Under the pieces are notes generated by a model. That model had not been told where the DNA came from and made no database searches. It saw only the letters and a list, made by a program, of their open reading frames with translations. From assembly GCF_009914755.1 (NCBI RefSeq), contig NC_060934.1: a DNA stretch of 64,000 nt; one strand, 5' to 3'. Below, in pieces: positions 45,093 to 58,615 of the stretch. The first letter of the stretch is position 1; each line of letters begins with the position of its first letter. This stretch comes from the human T2T-CHM13v2.0 reference genome, Homo sapiens. The position numbers and the translations under genes were made by a program.

Positions 45093-45804
45093 TACAGTAA
45101 ATGAAAATATAATGAGGAAAAGATTCTCCTGCTCAGTCGCTGTTTACTGAGGTATGATCTGGGGCGGGAAACTGGGCTTCAGCCCTCCACCACGGCCACC
45201 CAGAGGGCCCTCCTTGAGCATAGAGAGGGGCTTCTCATCGGGAAAGGCAGGGGAGACTTCCCGGGTGACGCTGAGCAGAAACCAATAGGCAGGCAAGACA
45301 CAGGCAGGGGTGGCACGGGAAGGAGAGAGGTGGTCCCAGCCGAGGGGGAGCGCAGGAAAACCCCAGAGATGGAGGAAACCAACGTGCCCTGCCTCCTGCC
45401 CTGGATGGAGAGGCCCAGGCCCTGACCACCAAGGCAACAAAGGCCTGGCCCAGCGCGTGCGGCCAGAACTTTCACCCCTGTGCATCTGTGAGGGATGGAA
45501 TCTGGAGCAGGACCTTTACAGGAACCCCTGTTCCTCTCAGGAAGGGACTTGGGGCTTCCTAGGTTGTCTACAATCCCCAGAGCATCCCTTTCTCATGACT
45601 GCCATGGCCCCACTTGGCACAGGCCTCAGCCTCCTTCCCGGTGCTCTGCGGCCTTTCAGCCTCTTCTCCCCTTCTGGGCCCCCTCCAGACTTCAGTGGGT
45701 CTGGAGACAATAAGAATTTCCTAATTCCAGGCTGCGGGTGATGGATGCAGCCCACCAGGCCCCTGCCACGGGGTCTTCAGGAAGCCATCTCCCTTCTCCT
45801 TGGA

Positions 45805-45952
45805 CTCTGTAATTAAAGCTGGGGATAACCTACTGTATTTCCTAATTAGCAGCCTTAATCCCTCATGCACACCATTAACAGGCTGGCGCATCTTTAGATG
45901 TGATTGGTAATGTCGTTAGCCTAATCCATAATCAATACTTGGATAATTGCTT
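45805..45952. promoter_or_regulatory. Candidate homeodomain-bound enhancer
   Basis: TAATTA 45810 and 45843; TAATCC 45856 and 45922; TAATCA 45929; TAATTG 45944; GGATAA 45823 and 45941; AT-rich island in GC-rich unique DNA. Confidence 0.5.
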
Positions 45953-48249
45953 CCTTGGGTTTATATTTAGTCCTTGGGGTCTTGGGCTGGGGGGAACATC
46001 CATCTGCAGATGCACTAATGGCTGTGTGGAGGTCGCCCACGGACCGCTCACCCAGGACCCCCAGGAGCTGTGGCCTGTGGTCAGAGCAGGTGCTGCCACA
46101 GCACCGGAGACCCAGGCCCTGGTGCATCCGGGGATCTCTGCAGGCTGCGGTTGCGAAGCCTCCTGGTCCATCAAGGCCTTGGGCTCTGGTTCCAGAACAC
46201 TAGGGGTTATTTCAGAAACAAGGTCAGGAGACCCCAGACCTCAGACCTCAGACCATGGCAGTGTCCGCACGTCCCCACCCCACACATCCCCACCCTTTCA
46301 GAAGAGTCTGCGGGGGGTACAGAGGATGGTCCCAGACTAGAGCTGCAGGACTGTCACAGCCTGCACATTCCTGCTCCACGCGGGCCCCAGCGCCCCTCAG
46401 CTCCAGGCACAGCCCCTGTCCTCGCCTCCCCCGCTTGCCAGGAAACCGTGGCCCAGCCCGACGTGATTTCCTTTCTCTCAAAGGCTGGCGGCAGCATTGG
46501 CAGCTCAAGGACAGGCCAGGGCAGAAGAAGAGCAGCCTGTCGAAGGCAGCCCTTATGAATGGGATCTCATCTGACTGTAACTGGAATTCGTATGGAGGCT
46601 CCGCTTACAGGAACTTCCCCAGCAGACGAATCTGGGCCACAGAGTTCTGAGCTGGAATGCCCCAGGAGCCAGCCATAAATCTCCCCAAAATGAGGGTGCA
46701 CAATCTCATTGCTCTGGAGGTGCGCTGCTTGCCCCTGGAGACGACTTGTCATTCTGCGTCCTCCAGGCTCTGCAGAGAGCCAGGAGCCGGGCCAGGGAGA
46801 GGTGGATGGGAGTTGGCAAAGTCACCGTGAAGGTAAACATTTTTATCATTTAATTAGGAGCCTCTCAGAAAAGCAAGCTCTGTTTCGTCTAGAGCTGGTC
46901 AAAGGAAATGAGAAGTGACATTTTCCCACCCCCACGTTCCCCTTGGCCCGGGAAACTCCAAGCTGGAGGCGCGGGATGTGGGCAGCCTCAGGCTGTGCAC
47001 ATCCAGGGCTGGGCCCAGGGGCAGTGGTGGGGCGTGCAGCCTTTGCTGTGCTCTGGCCGTGCCCGGCACTCTCGCTCCCTCATTTGCTCTCATAAACGCC
47101 GTCTGCATTATCGATCACCCTCTGGGTCCCTCCATAATGCAGGGGCTTCAAACCGCACCCGCTCCTTGAGGGTGCTGCATTCCTGTACTCTCTGCATCTC
47201 CCAAGCATATGTGTGACAGCAAGATGGCTGCAGATATGCAACTTCCAATAATCAATCAACTCTTAAATGATCCTCAATAAACCGTTAAGTAATGACCAGG
47301 AGCCCCTCACCAGCATATCTGTACCCATTTGTTGCTCCATCCATCCCAATGCATGACTGACAAGTGTTCACACACGTGTCACCTGCAGGCTCCACTCCAG
47401 CTTTGGAGGATGCAGGCAGGACGTCACTCTGGGGCTCCTGTCTCCTGGGGAGATGACAGTGAGGGAGGGACACTCATGAAGAACCTCCCTAGCCAGTTCC
47501 TGACTCTGCGACTGCCCAGACTCTGAGGGTACTGACCAACAGAGCTCACTCAGCTACACAGAGATGAACCTGGAGGCCTAGAAGAGGCCGGCCTGGCCTG
47601 GGTGCAAAGGCCCCAGGCAGAAGAGCCCAGATGTCCTCACTTCTTTCCCAGTATGGGGCACCCAAAACATGCAGCTCCATTTTAATGAGCAGCTGCTGTC
47701 CTTTTTCAGCTGCTATGGGCCCACTCTGTCCAGGCTGCAGCCTCTGGGCAGCCTGAATCCAGCCACCAGGTGAGGCACATGCGTGGAGAACTGTAAGAAC
47801 ATTGAGACTTCGTGCCTCACTTTACAGGGCAGCAAATGGAGGCCAGAGAGGGCAAGATACATGGCCAGGGATGCACAGGAGCAGGATGAGGAACCGGGCC
47901 TTGCTCCCACCCTGCACTCGGAGGCCCAGGTCCACCTACTACAGACAAGGAGTCCGTGGGCCAGGGGTGGGACTCATCTGTGCACGGAGGGCCCAGGCTG
48001 TTTCTTCTCAGGAGGGACAAGGCTCTAGTCAACACTGCATCAGGGAGGGACAGATGTCATCTATTCAGCAGGGGGTTTTAGCAGCTTCCTTAGTTCTTGG
48101 GCTTCACTGGGTCCTTCTGCCAACAAGCATGGCCCCTGGCCCCGTGTGGACACTCTCCCAGGGCAGAGGCCATGGCTAACCAGCCTGAGCTGCTCCAGAT
48201 AGCCCAGCAGAGATATCCAAGCAGCTGGAGCCAGCCAGCCCTCAGCACA

Positions 48250-48670
48250 TGTCCATTTATTCTTGCAGCAGCTACTTACTGGGCCTGGGCGGAGACAAGA
48301 TGATCCATTCTGGATGCATATATATGAAGAATATAAAGCAGGGCTGGTGGGATGGGGACATCATGCAAATGTAGTGGGGTGCTGGAGAAGTCTGTCTGCC
48401 AAGGTAGCCAACAAGGAGAAGCCAGATGTGCTGACAGCTGTCTAGGGCGGAGAGCAGCAGAGCAAAGGCCCTGTGGCAGGAATGGATTTGCTGTGTTCCA
48501 GGCAGGAGAAAGGCCAGCATGATAGAGCCAAGTGAGCCAGCAAAGTGAAAAGGCCAGAGAAGCCTGCAGCCTGGGGCATGGGTTCCATTCCCAGTGCAGG
48601 AAACTGGGATTTGAAGCAAGGGTTGGCATGGTTGATACTTTCAGAAGAGTCAGTCTGAGAGGGGCCCTGG
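48250..48670 (-). mobile_element. L2 remnant
   Basis: GCAAAGGCCCTGTGGCAGGAATG..GTGTTCCAGG..AAGGCCAGCATG, typical antisense L2. Confidence 0.55.
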
Positions 48671-50292
48671 ATGCCAGGCTGAGGAGGTGGGACTTCCTTC
48701 TGGAGGAGAAAGGAGGACCAAAGAGGCTTTTCAGCAGGGAGCTGGCAGGTCACTCTCCAGCTGTGGGAGCCAGCCCCTTCTCCGGGAGCTGTGCGGGTGC
48801 TGGGCGCCATCAAGACAGCTCCGCTCCTCCCAGCCGTGAGACTTGGGACAGAGTCACCCTCTCAAATTCTGTTTTGTTCTCTGCAAAATAGACATAAAAT
48901 TTTAGACAATAACCAGCTACTCCAGCCAAACACCATATAAAAAATGGTGGCTTGTTCCCACTCACACCATCAAAGGCCGAGTGGGGAGCCTGGACTTCCA
49001 CCCTGGCCAGGCTGTAATGAGTTGCCCAATCTCCCTGTCTCCCTGATGAGTGGTATCAGAGAGGGCTCAGTGAGGGGCCAGGACCTTCATCCCCACCAGG
49101 CAGTAACCAGCCCCTTCCACCCCGTGGTGTCAGTGGAGGCTGCACAGGGAGCAGGAGCCTTCGGGGGAACCTGGACTCCTACTCCCACCTTCCACACTGT
49201 GCCTGCCAGAGTGGTGTCAGAAGCCGCCAGCTAAACCAGAAGGTTTCAACTCACATTCAGAATTTCATAACATACTGCACAAATAACACAATACAGGAGC
49301 TCAGCAGCAGCATGGGGGGACAAAGGAACACATCCATGAACTCCAAGAGAAACTATAGAAATTATTTAATCTGAACAACAAAGCTACAATAGATTGAAAA
49401 TGAAAACAAAAAGAACAATCCCTCAGGAACCTGTGAGACTGTAACAAAACATCTAATTCATGTTATTGAGTCTCAGAAGGAGAGGAGAAAGAGGTGGGCC
49501 TTAAAAAGGACTCAAAGATACAATGGTTGAAACTCCCTAAATCTGGCAAAAGACACACACTTACGAATTCAAGAAGCTGAGTTACTCAAATAGGATAAAC
49601 CAAAAAAATCCACACCACGACACATCACGGTTAAACTCCTGAAAAATAAAAACAAAGAAAAAATCTTAAAAGTAGTTGGGAGAGAAAAGACCCCTTCCTA
49701 CCTATAGGGAAAAAAAATAAGAACGACGACAGATTTCTCATTAGAAAGCACAGAGGTCAAAAGTGGCACATTTTTCAAGTGCTGAAAGAAAATAACTATC
49801 AACTCAGAATTCTATTTCCAGTAAAATATTCTTCAGGAACAAAGGAAATTAAGATATTCTCAAATGAAAGAAAAGTAACAGAATTTGACAATAGCTGACC
49901 TACCCTAGAATGATTAAAGGAAGTTCTCTAAACAGAAAGAAAATATTAAAAATAAGGAATCTTGAAGCATCAGAAAGGAAGAGAAAAACAGTAGGAGTAA
50001 AAAATATTGGTAAACATTTCCTTCTCATTTTTGGTTTTCTAAATTATATTTGACCGTTTTCACAAAAATTATATTGTCTGATGTATTTCTGAATGCATGT
50101 CGAGAAAATATTTAAGACAATTGTATTACAAATATAGGAGGGTAAAGTAGCTTGAAGGGGCATGAGTTTTCTGTACTCTACTTAAACTGGTAAAATATTA
50201 ACATCAGTACACTAAATTATGTATATATAATGTAATACATCAAATAGCCGTTTTAAAAGCTATACAAAAAGACACACTCAAAACACACTATA

Positions 50293-50617
<325 letters not shown>

Positions 50618-51215
50618 TTAAATAACCCATAGGAAAGGGAAAAAAGCTCAGATATACTAAAAATAGTGAGAACAAACAGAAAACCAAAACAAAACATAAA
50701 ATGGACAACTTAAGCCCTAACATGTCAATAATTATGTGAAAATGCAAATGGTCTAAATATACCAATTAAAAGACAGAGATGGACAGAATACACTAAAAAT
50801 ATGACCCACTTATATGCTGTCTATAAGAAACTCACTTCAAATATAATGATATGTGTAGGCTGGAAGTAAAATGACGGGAAAAGATACCTTACACAAACAT
50901 CAATCAAAAAAAAGAAAGCAGGAATAAGTATATTAATACCAGATAAAGTATATTTTAGAGCAAAGAAAATTGCTGGAGACAGAAAGGGTCATTATATAAG
51001 GATGAATGGGTCACCCACCAAGAAGTCATAGCAATTCTAAACATGTATGTACCTAACAAAAGAGCCAAAAAATATGTGAAGCAAAATCTGATCAAACTAA
51101 AATGAGAAATATATAAATCTACACTTCTTTCAACAATTCATAGAACTACTATTCCAACATAGAACTACTTTCAATAATTCACAGAACTACTAACAGAAAA
51201 TTAGTAAGGATATAG

Positions 51216-51614
<399 letters not shown>

Positions 51615-52955
51615 AAATACACATTCTTTTCAAATGCCCGTGGAACATATTCCAAAATAGACTGTATGTAGGCCTTAAAATAAACCTCAAAATTTTTAAA
51701 ACAATTGAAATTTTGTAGAGCATGTTCTCTGACTGTAATGGAATTCAACTAGAAACCAACAGTGGAAGGATAATAAGAAAATCTCTAAACAATTGAAAAC
51801 AAAACAACACATTTCTAAATAATCCATGACTCATAGGAAATCTCAAGGGATATATAAACAACGTTAGACTAAATGAAAAGAAAAATGAAAATGCAATATA
51901 CCAAAATTAGTAGGATACAGCTAAAATAGTGCTGAGAAGATGGTGGATAGCACTAAATGCCTACATCACAGAAGAGGGAACATCTTAAGTCATTAATCTA
52001 TTTTTACACCTCAAAAATCTAGAAAAGAAGAGCAAAATAAACCCAAAGCAAGCAGGAGGGAATAATAAAAATAAAGGCAGAATGAAATTTATGAAATTTT
52101 AAACAGAGAAACTATAGATAAAATAAATGAAACAAAAAAGCAGATTCTTTTAAAAGATCAATAAAATTGATAAACCTTTAGCAAGACTGACAAAGAAAAA
52201 AGAGAAAACACAAATCATTAATATCGTGAATGAAACAGGATATGACTGCAGACCCTGAAGACTGAAGGAAATCAAGAGAATACTATGAACAACTCTGCAC
52301 ACATAAATTTGACAACTTACATAAAATGGATGAGTCCCTCCAAAACCAACTACAATTCACTGAATGTGAAATAAATAGCCTATAGCCATTAGTAAAATTG
52401 AATTCATAATTTAAAACCTCCTCAAAAAGAAATCTTCAGGTCGAGATAGTATCACTGGAAAATTGTACCAAATGTTTAAAGAAGAATTAACACCAATTCT
52501 ACACAGTCTTTTCCAGAAAATAGAACAGGAGCAAATGCTTCCCAATACTATTGGTAGTATTACCCTGACACAAAACTAATTCTGTCTTAGTCTGTAACCG
52601 ACTAAGAAATAAAAGGAATTCAGACTGGGAAGGAAGTAATAGCTGCCCCTGTTTGCTAATGACATGATTCATCTGTAACAGACTAAGAGAGTGTTAAAAA
52701 AGAAAACCATAGGCCAATATTCCTCATAAATATAGATATAAATATTCCTAACAAAATATTGGCAAATAAAACTCAGCAATATATAAAAATAATTATATGC
52801 CATGATCAAGTAGGGTTTATTCCAGGGATGCAAAAGCAGTTCCAATATGTGAAAATCAATAAGTGTAATCCACTTGATAAACAGGCTAAAGAAGAAAAAT
52901 CACATAATCATATTAATTGAGGAAGAAAATGTATTTGACAAAATTCAGCACCCTT

Positions 52956-53151
52956 GAGGGATGGGGGTATGGGGAATGACTGGCTGTTTAACAGTCTGGG
53001 CTTCCCTCTGGGGTGGTAAAAATATTCTGGAGCTAGACAGCGGTGATAGTTGCACAACATTGTAAATGTCCTAAATGTTACTGAATGTACAGTTTATACT
53101 GCTTAGAATGGTAAATTTTAAGTTACGTGTATTTTATGAAAACAAAAAATT
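52956..53151 (+). mobile_element. Nested L1MB-type 3' end fragment
   Basis: GGTGATAGTTGCACAACATTGTAAATGT..AATGGTAAATTTTA; flanks AAATTCAGCACC/AAATTCAATACC. Confidence 0.7.
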
Positions 53152-55379
53152 AAATTCAATACCTATTCATAAAGAAACTCAGAAAAATAAGAACTGAGGG
53201 GAATGTCCTCAACTCAATAAAGAACATTGACAAAAACCTAACATTTAACATTATACCTACTGGTGAAAGACTGGATAATTTCCTCAAAGATCAGGAGAAA
53301 GGCAAGGGTGCTTCTCTTGCCACTTCTGTTCAGCAGCATCCTAGACTTTCTAGACAGTGCAATAAAGCAAGAAAAAGAAATAAAAGGCATTCAGGCTGGG
53401 GAGGAAGAAATAAAACTTCCCCTGTTTGCTAATGACATGATTGTCTATATAGGAAATTCTAAGAAATTTACCAAAAAAAAAAAAAAAAAGCCAAAAAAGC
53501 AAAAAACCAAAACCAAAACAAAACCATCACTAATAAATAAGTTCAGCAAAGTCTTGGGATATGAGGTAAACATACAAAGAAACCGGTGAATTTCTATACA
53601 CTAGCATGAACACAGGGACACTGGAATTAAAAATTACAGTAACTAAAATTGATGAAATACTTAGGTATAATTCTAACAAAACATGTTCAAGACTTATATG
53701 CCAAAAACTACAAAATGCTGATGAAACAAATTTAGAGAAATTTTTTAAAAATCTAGATAAATGGAGAGACTTACTGTGTTCATGGATTGGAAGTCTCAAC
53801 ATAGGAAGATATCAACTCTCTCTAAGTTGGTTTTCAGGTTTAACACAATTTCTATCAAAATCTCAGCAAGATTTTTTGAAGATATAGACGTCATTCTAAA
53901 ATTTACATGGAAATGCAAAGGAACTGGAATAGCTAAAACAATTTTGAAAAAGGATAAAGTGGGAGGAATCAATCTATGTGATTTTAATATATTATTTAGC
54001 TACATTTATCAAGACTGTGTAGCATTGGTGGAGAGTTAGTTACATAGATTAATGGAACAGAGTAGAGAACCCAGAAATAAACCCACAGCAATAGGTCCAG
54101 CTGATTTTAGACAAAGGTGCAAAAATAATTCAATGGAGCAAAGATGATGCTGGAGAAATCAGACAGTTGTAGGCCAAAACCAACCAAACAGAAACCTGAA
54201 CCTTCACCTAAATCTCACATCTGATTTTTTAAAATTAACTTAAAAAGGATAATGGATTTAAACATAAAATGTAAAACTATAAAACTTTTAGCAAAAAATA
54301 ATAGAAACTTTTCAGGATTTAGAACTAGGCAGTGTTCTTAGATTTGATGCCAGAAGCAAAATCCATAAAAAGAAAAATTGATAAGTTGGATTCATCAGAA
54401 TGAAAACCTTTTGCTCTGCAAAAGATCCTATTAAGAGGATGAAAAGACAATCTACAGACTGGGAGAAAATATTTGCAAACCACATATCTGACAAAGAAAT
54501 AGTCTAAAATATGCAAAGAATTCTCAGAACAAAACAACAAAAAATCCAATTAGCAAACAGGCAGACGTGAAGCGATCTTTTACCAAAGAAATGGCAAATA
54601 AGCACATAAAACTGACTGTCAGCAATGTGTAAACTAAAACCACTACACCCTTATCAGAATGGCTAAAATAAAAATAAAAAAATAGTGACACCAGCAAATG
54701 CTGGCAAGGATACAGAGAAACTGGATCATTCATGCATTGCTGGTAAGAATGTAAAATGATAAAGGCACTCCAGAAAACAGTTTGTCAGTTTCTTTAAAAA
54801 CTAAGTATGCCACTACCATATGACCCAGTAACTGCATTCCTGGCAATTTATATCAGAGAAATGAAGACTTATGCTTACTCAAAAATCTGTACATAAAAGT
54901 TCACAGCAGCTTTTTTAGATAGTAGTTGAAAACTGGGAACACCCCAGATGTCCTTTATTGGGTGAATGGTTTAAACACACTATGGTACATCCATACCATG
55001 GAATACTGCTCAGTGGAAAAAAGGACCAAACTCTTGTTACACGCATCAACCTGGGTGAGCCTGCAGAGAATCATGCTCTGTGAAATCGCCAGTGCCAAAT
55101 TGTTACACACTGTATGATTCCATTTATATAACATTCTTGAAATGACAACATTACATTAAAATGGTGCAAAAGTAACTAAGGTTTAATAGAAATGCAGACT
55201 AGGTTAGCTTAATGGCTCCCAGGGGTTAAGGGCAGGATGGGGTTAGGGGCAGGGAATTCCTCTCCTTGAGGGAGCTGGGAGGGAAGTGGGTGTGGCTATA
55301 AAAGAGAAACGTGAGGGATCCTGGTGGGGAGGGGATGTTCTGTCTCTCCACAGTATCAATGTCAGCATCCTGATTGTGA

Positions 55380-55727
<348 letters not shown>

Positions 55728-56377
55728 TAGTATAGTTTTATAAGATGTTACCTCTGGAGGAAATTAGGTAAAAAGTACACAAGATCTCTCTGTTTTATTT
55801 CGTAGAACCGTATGTGAATTTACAATTATTCAAAATAAAAAGTTTAATTAAATAAAAAAATCACTAAAAAAAGTTGCCTAGAAGATTTAACAAAATTAAA
55901 CCAATCTGTGAATTTAATGACATAAAGCATCCAACTTTATTGCTTAATTGTTAAACTTCATCCAAGCAATATGTAGACATTGCCTAAAATATTTCAACAT
56001 ATTACAAGGTTTATAAAGAAAAGTGGCAGTCCCCTGCCCTAATCCCCATCCCTAGAAGCATTCCATGTGAGTCTGTTGGCTGTTCCTTCTCACGTTTACT
56101 TTTATGATTCTAAGTAAAATGCTTAGGCTGCCGGTTCTTGGTTTTTCCATTTTAGTGTTAACCGAATGATGGACTTCTTCCCAGGGTAAATAACAGTCCT
56201 GTTCCCTTACACATCCCCTCCAACCGCCCCCACCCCACACACACATCCTTCCCTCTCCACTTCCTTCCAATGGAGTTAGATCATGATATTGGGTCAAATT
56301 AATGTTTTATTTTTAACACTTGGCTAAGTAAATACCCTTCACAGCTGAGTCCGACCGTTTTCCAGCCATCCGTATCG

Positions 56378-56540
56378 TATATTCATGCAATAAATGGTTA
56401 TTGGCACCCAATGTTTGCCGGGCACTGTTGCAGGTGCTGGGGACACAGCACTGGAAAAGCAAACAGGGTCCTGTCCTGGAGAAGCTTCCATTTTTGAGGA
56501 TTGGGAGACCAATAAGAAACAAGTTCAGGCATATTTTTTC
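56378..56540 (-). mobile_element. L2 3' end
   Basis: TTATTGGCACCCAATGTTTGCCGGGCACTGTTGCAGGTGCTGGGGACACAGC. Confidence 0.65.
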
Positions 56541-56779
56541 CGGAGATAAGCACCAAGGAGGAGCCCCGGACGGGGTGCCATGAGCAGGGGTGCCCTAGGG
56601 AGGCCTGAGGAGAAGACCCTGCCAGGGGCTGAGGGGAGAAGAGGGGACTTGCGGGCTCCTAGAGGAAGAGCTCATCCAAGCAGGACGGCAGAAGCCCAAA
56701 GTCCTGGGAGTGAGCTCGCTGTCCCGAGGCCCAGGTGAAGGGGCTGATATGGTTGGGGGGAGTCCAGCTGAGTCCCTTC

Positions 56780-58100
56780 TTGCCACCCGGGGCCCCACTG
56801 CCACGGGGCGTCACTCGCTTCTCTTATTAATGCCGTCACCACCCCTTGGCTTCAGCTAAGTTTCAGCTTTTTCCACTCTGAAGCCAGCACCTCTCATCTG
56901 TTCCGTTCTACCCGCAGCGTTGCCCTCGTCCTCCCCCCACCCTCCGCCTCATGGGCGCAAACACTCGGGAGCACACGTGGAGGGTGGAGGCGGCACAGAG
57001 ACCTCCCCAGGGAAATGAGGCTCCAGCTGGATTTGAACACGCGGGGAGGAGGTGAGGATGCTGCTTTCCCAACAGCTGGGCCGCCTCGTCCTTGTCACCG
57101 CTCTGGTTTCTCAGCCCAGGCTATTTTGGGTCAGGCTGCGAGGACCGCTGCGTCAGCGAGTGGGCGTGAGTGGCGGCGCCTACCTCCCCCAGTTGGGCCG
57201 GGCACAGTGCCAGGCCAGGCCCACCCAGGCTGCGCCAGGGGCCGCCAGCCTCTGGGCGGCAGGGGGACCCCTGGAACCAGGGAGAGTGGCCTGAGCAGGA
57301 AATCAGGTCCCAGGTAACACGGGCTTCAGCGGGCTCAGGCTGGGGAGGGGACAGGTGTCTCGGACTGCGGGCGGAGGAACCGCGCACATCAGAGGGCAGC
57401 GTCTCAGGGCGGGCTGGGATCTGGGGAGGGATTCGCCAGGAGGGGTCAGTGGCCCAGGCCTTCCAGGCTGAGTGGCGCTGGGCAGAGGCACGACCAAAGG
57501 CAGGAGGCTCTGGGACTATTTAGGGAGGAGGGAGGCTCACCGAGGACACAGAGGCCAGGCTGGGAGGTGGCCACCAGCCAGGGGCGGGGCAGCAGGTCAG
57601 GGAGATCGGATTTCCCCAGCTCCCACTGGCCCGCGCCTTGCAAGCCGGAGATTTCCCCTGCTCCGTGGAACCCTAACAGCTACTCTGGGGCCTTGCGCCC
57701 CATCCCAGGAGGCCCACCCCCTCTCCCGGCCAGTTCTACCTTCTCTGTCTCAGCAACCCCCACCCTTGCGACTGAATGAAGCACTCTGAACAGAGACCTT
57801 TTGAAAAAAGTCTAAATGTCCCCTTCTTAGGTGAGGGAAGCAAAAGGGAAAAATAGAATCGACACCAATGACCTGTTCCAGTCTCCCCTCCCGACTGCAG
57901 AAACCAGCAGAGCCACATGGGCCCACAGGCGGGGCAGGCCCAGCTGCAGGCACCACCCTCCTCCCTGTCCTGAGCCGGGCTTGCTCTCAGAGCCTGCTGC
58001 TGTCCCCAGGCTAGGGATGCGCCTCCCAGCGGGAACCCCGGTGGAGGGAAAGCCCCGCCCAGCCCGAAGCTCAGTCGCGAGGAACTGCCGTCTGTTGAGC
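56780..58100. promoter_or_regulatory. GC/CpG-rich region (weak CpG island)
   Basis: Raised CpG density, GC boxes (GGGGCGGGGC at ~57581), non-repetitive. Confidence 0.5.
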
Positions 58101-58275
58101 ACTGCCAGGTACTTTTTGACTCATGGGTCGTTTTGCTCTAACATGTGTATCCCTTAAAACTCAGAAGAGAGTCTGGTCTTGTTTACTCGCGGTTTTTTTT
58201 GTTTTTGTTGTTGTTGCTTGTTTGTTTTTCTTTTGAACAAGGAGGAAGAATATCTATAGGCAGGAAGTCCCCAAC

Positions 58276-58615
58276 TGTCCTAGTCCCCAGGCTGCTATTA
58301 AAAAGTACCATAGACTGGGGACTTAAACAACAAACACGTCTAACAGTTCTGAAAGCTGGAGGGCCAGGCAAGGCGCTGGCAGATCCACTGTGCGGTGAGG
58401 CTCTCCTTCTGGCTCATCCCTGGTGCCTTCTCCTGTGTCCTCACGTGGTGGGCAAAGCAGCTCTCTGAGGTCCTTGTGTAGGGGCACCAATCCCATTCAC
58501 CAGGGCACCGCCCCTGTGGCCTCATCACCTCCCAAATGTCCCATGTCTTAATGCCATCACCATGTGGGGGAGGGCTTCAACCTGTGGATTTCAGATACAC
58601 ACTAGGCCCACAGCA
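58276..58615 (-). mobile_element. MLT1A-like solo LTR
   Basis: GGCTGCTATTAAAAAGTACCATAGACTGGG..CTTAAACAACAAA..TCACCTCCCAAA..CACAGCA. Confidence 0.8.
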
